Shown in pieces: positions 62,528-64,000 of a DNA stretch of 64,000 nt. The stretch covers positions 52,497-116,496 of the forward strand of contig JWKQ01000002.1 in assembly GCA_000806115.1 (NCBI GenBank), written 5' to 3'. The first letter of the stretch is position 1, and every line of letters starts with the position of its first letter. The notes beneath the pieces were generated by a model that saw only the letters and a list, made by a program, of their open reading frames with translations, did not search any database and was not told where the DNA came from. The stretch comes from an archaeon GW2011_AR5 (lineage in GTDB: Archaea > Aenigmatarchaeota > Aenigmatarchaeia > GW2011-AR5). The position numbers and the translations under genes are program-made.

Positions 62528-63481
62528 ATGAACGTTGGGCTTATGCGGAAGTACAAGATTGGAATGTTGCTCGTAAGCCTTGTCATACTAGCAGCAGTAG
62601 TGATTTATTCCAATCCTGTTGTGCTAGCAGGCCTGCTCGCTGCAAGCGATATGAAATTTATTCTTGCAGGTTTTGTTCTGTCATTCATTGCAATACTTCT
62701 TGGCGTTCTGAAATGGCAGGTACTTCTCAAAGGTGTGAAATTTCGTGAACTTATCCCTATCCAGGTTCTGGGGTTCACAATAAGCAACTTTACCCCTGGG
62801 AAGGCAGGGGAGCCTGCAAAAGCCCTTATACTAAAGGCTGCAAAAGACACGCCAGTCTCGTCATCCCTCGCATCAATAATATGGGAAAGAGTAATGGATG
62901 TTATCGTCCTTATTTTGCTTTCGGCGGCTGCCATCAGCACATTGTCGCTTGGTTCAAATTTCCTGCTGGCAGCCTTTGGTGTGACTGTTTTTGCAGTAAT
63001 CATTATATTGTCAATAGGCGTTCTTTACAGTGAACGCTTTGGCAGAAAGATGTTCTCTTTTGTCAGGAAATTCCCGGTACTTAAGAGGCTGCCCGACAAT
63101 TTCATGGACAAATTTTACAAAACAAAAATCAGCAAGGGCAGTCTTGCGCAGTCATTCATGATATCTCTAATTACGTGGCTGATACTTGGAGTTGTGCTCT
63201 ACTTCTCCCTGCTCGCTTTTGGTGTTGTCATCAATCCATTTGTGTTGTCGGGAATAGTAGCGCTTTCGATTGTGATTGGAATAGCCTCATCACTGCCGGG
63301 TGGCTTGGGCACGACAGAAGTGGTAATGATATTCCTGCTCGGGTTGGTTGGGGTTGACCAGACAGTCGCTGCAGCCTCAGCGCTGACGTTCAGGTTCATG
63401 ACTATATGGTTCGTGAACGTGATGGGCGGCGTGTCATTCATTTACCTCTCAAGGAAATTCAAGATAAAGAATATATTTTAG
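62528..63481 (+). CDS. Flippase-like / lysylphosphatidylglycerol-synthase-TM-domain family membrane protein (UPF0104)
   Basis: 317 aa, about 8 TM helices, with a conserved G-rich segment near the C-terminus (LPGGLGTTE). Confidence 0.5.
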   Translation: MNVGLMRKYKIGMLLVSLVILAAVVIYSNPVVLAGLLAASDMKFILAGFVLSFIAILLGVLKWQVLLKGVKFRELIPIQVLGFTISNFTPGKAGEPAKALILKAAKDTPVSSSLASIIWERVMDVIVLILLSAAAISTLSLGSNFLLAAFGVTVFAVIIILSIGVLYSERFGRKMFSFVRKFPVLKRLPDNFMDKFYKTKISKGSLAQSFMISLITWLILGVVLYFSLLAFGVVINPFVLSGIVALSIVIGIASSLPGGLGTTEVVMIFLLGLVGVDQTVAAASALTFRFMTIWFVNVMGGVSFIYLSRKFKIKNIF

Positions 63482-64000
63482 AACATTCTGGATGCTGTGG
63501 TAAGTGCAAGTTTCATCAGCTTGAGTTTCGGCAACTTCACCCACGCCCCGCTGAACTTGTCGTAGTCGAAATTGCTCAGCTTCTCTATGTCAGGCCCTAT
63601 TTCCCTGAAAATTTTGTCGATGTCGTTGTTCGACAGCTGTCTGTAAATCATCCTGACGAGGAATTGCTTGTCGATTTCCCGTGCAAAGTCCCTTTTCCAC
63701 AGCGCCTCGTAGGGTTTCAAAGCTTTTGCGTCGCATTTTCCTTTCTCCATCGCTTCCCGAATAGCGACAGCCGCGTACCCGGCCGCCTTCAGTCCGAACA
63801 TTATGCCGCCGCCGGTAAGCGGTTTGTTCTGTCCGCAGGCGTCGCCGACCAGCAGCGTCCTGTCGGCATAGCTTTTCACATAGCCTGTGGGTATAAGGTA
63901 CGCCAAAATGTCGCCGCCGGGAAGGAAAAGTTTCTTCTCGAAGTGCTTCAGGTACTCTCGCGGCCTGATCGATGAAATAGTCCCATATTCGTCGTTTTGC
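63478..64000 (-). CDS. Geranylgeranyl reductase family FAD-dependent oxidoreductase, C-terminal part (the gene continues beyond the window end)
   Basis: The minus-strand ORF has LLVGDACGQNKPLTGGGIMFGLKAAGYAA..., a GGR C-terminal pattern. The ORF-track Met at 63906 is probably internal. Confidence 0.55.
   Translation of the reverse strand, partial: QNDEYGTISSIRPREYLKHFEKKLFLPGGDILAYLIPTGYVKSYADRTLLVGDACGQNKPLTGGGIMFGLKAAGYAAVAIREAMEKGKCDAKALKPYEALWKRDFAREIDKQFLVRMIYRQLSNNDIDKIFREIGPDIEKLSNFDYDKFSGAWVKLPKLKLMKLALTTASRMF

Overview
This 64 kb window looks archaeal. It contains a split STT3/AglB oligosaccharyltransferase, a geranylgeranyl reductase, an archaeal-type TyrRS, a PolX-PHP polymerase and a beta-CASP nuclease. 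Most genes appear leaderless, starting about 25-35 nt downstream of TATA boxes of the form (G)AGCTATAA. The first ~20 kb is core-like: a topo IA fragment, serS, tyrS, an aspartate racemase, a frameshifted rtcA and PolX. Embedded in it is a compact mobile or defence-like module: a group-II-intron-type reverse transcriptase (active site YLDD) followed 45 nt later by a double-motif LAGLIDADG endonuclease with a C-terminal HTH. A degenerate copy of the neighbouring gene's 3' end lies immediately upstream of this module. From about 20.2 kb to the end of the window there is a roughly 43 kb surface-glycan / N-glycosylation island. It encodes a GDP-D-glycero-D-manno-heptose pathway (hddA, gmhA and a gmhB-hddC fusion). 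It also carries many SDR epimerases/dehydratases, a WbpB-like oxidoreductase and a sugar aminotransferase next to a formyltransferase. A folate C1 module (folC-like, glyA, 5-FCL, folD), wecB, a Ugd-family dehydrogenase and a UXS-like enzyme sit among four GT4 and four GT2 glycosyltransferases. The island further encodes two tandem Dpm1-like GT2 + GT-C (PMT/ArnT-like) pairs, a PIG-V-like GT-C, a Wzx flippase, three B12-binding radical-SAM enzymes and an AglB split into two translationally coupled ORFs. The most notable non-coding signal is a family of about five related palindromic elements. They consist of a 12-13 bp hairpin and/or a 10 bp-stem palindrome abutting TATA boxes, and are found only at promoters. 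One lies next to a small HTH regulator gene, and another supplies the last 15 codons of the 5-FCL gene. No rRNA, tRNA or CRISPR array was found.
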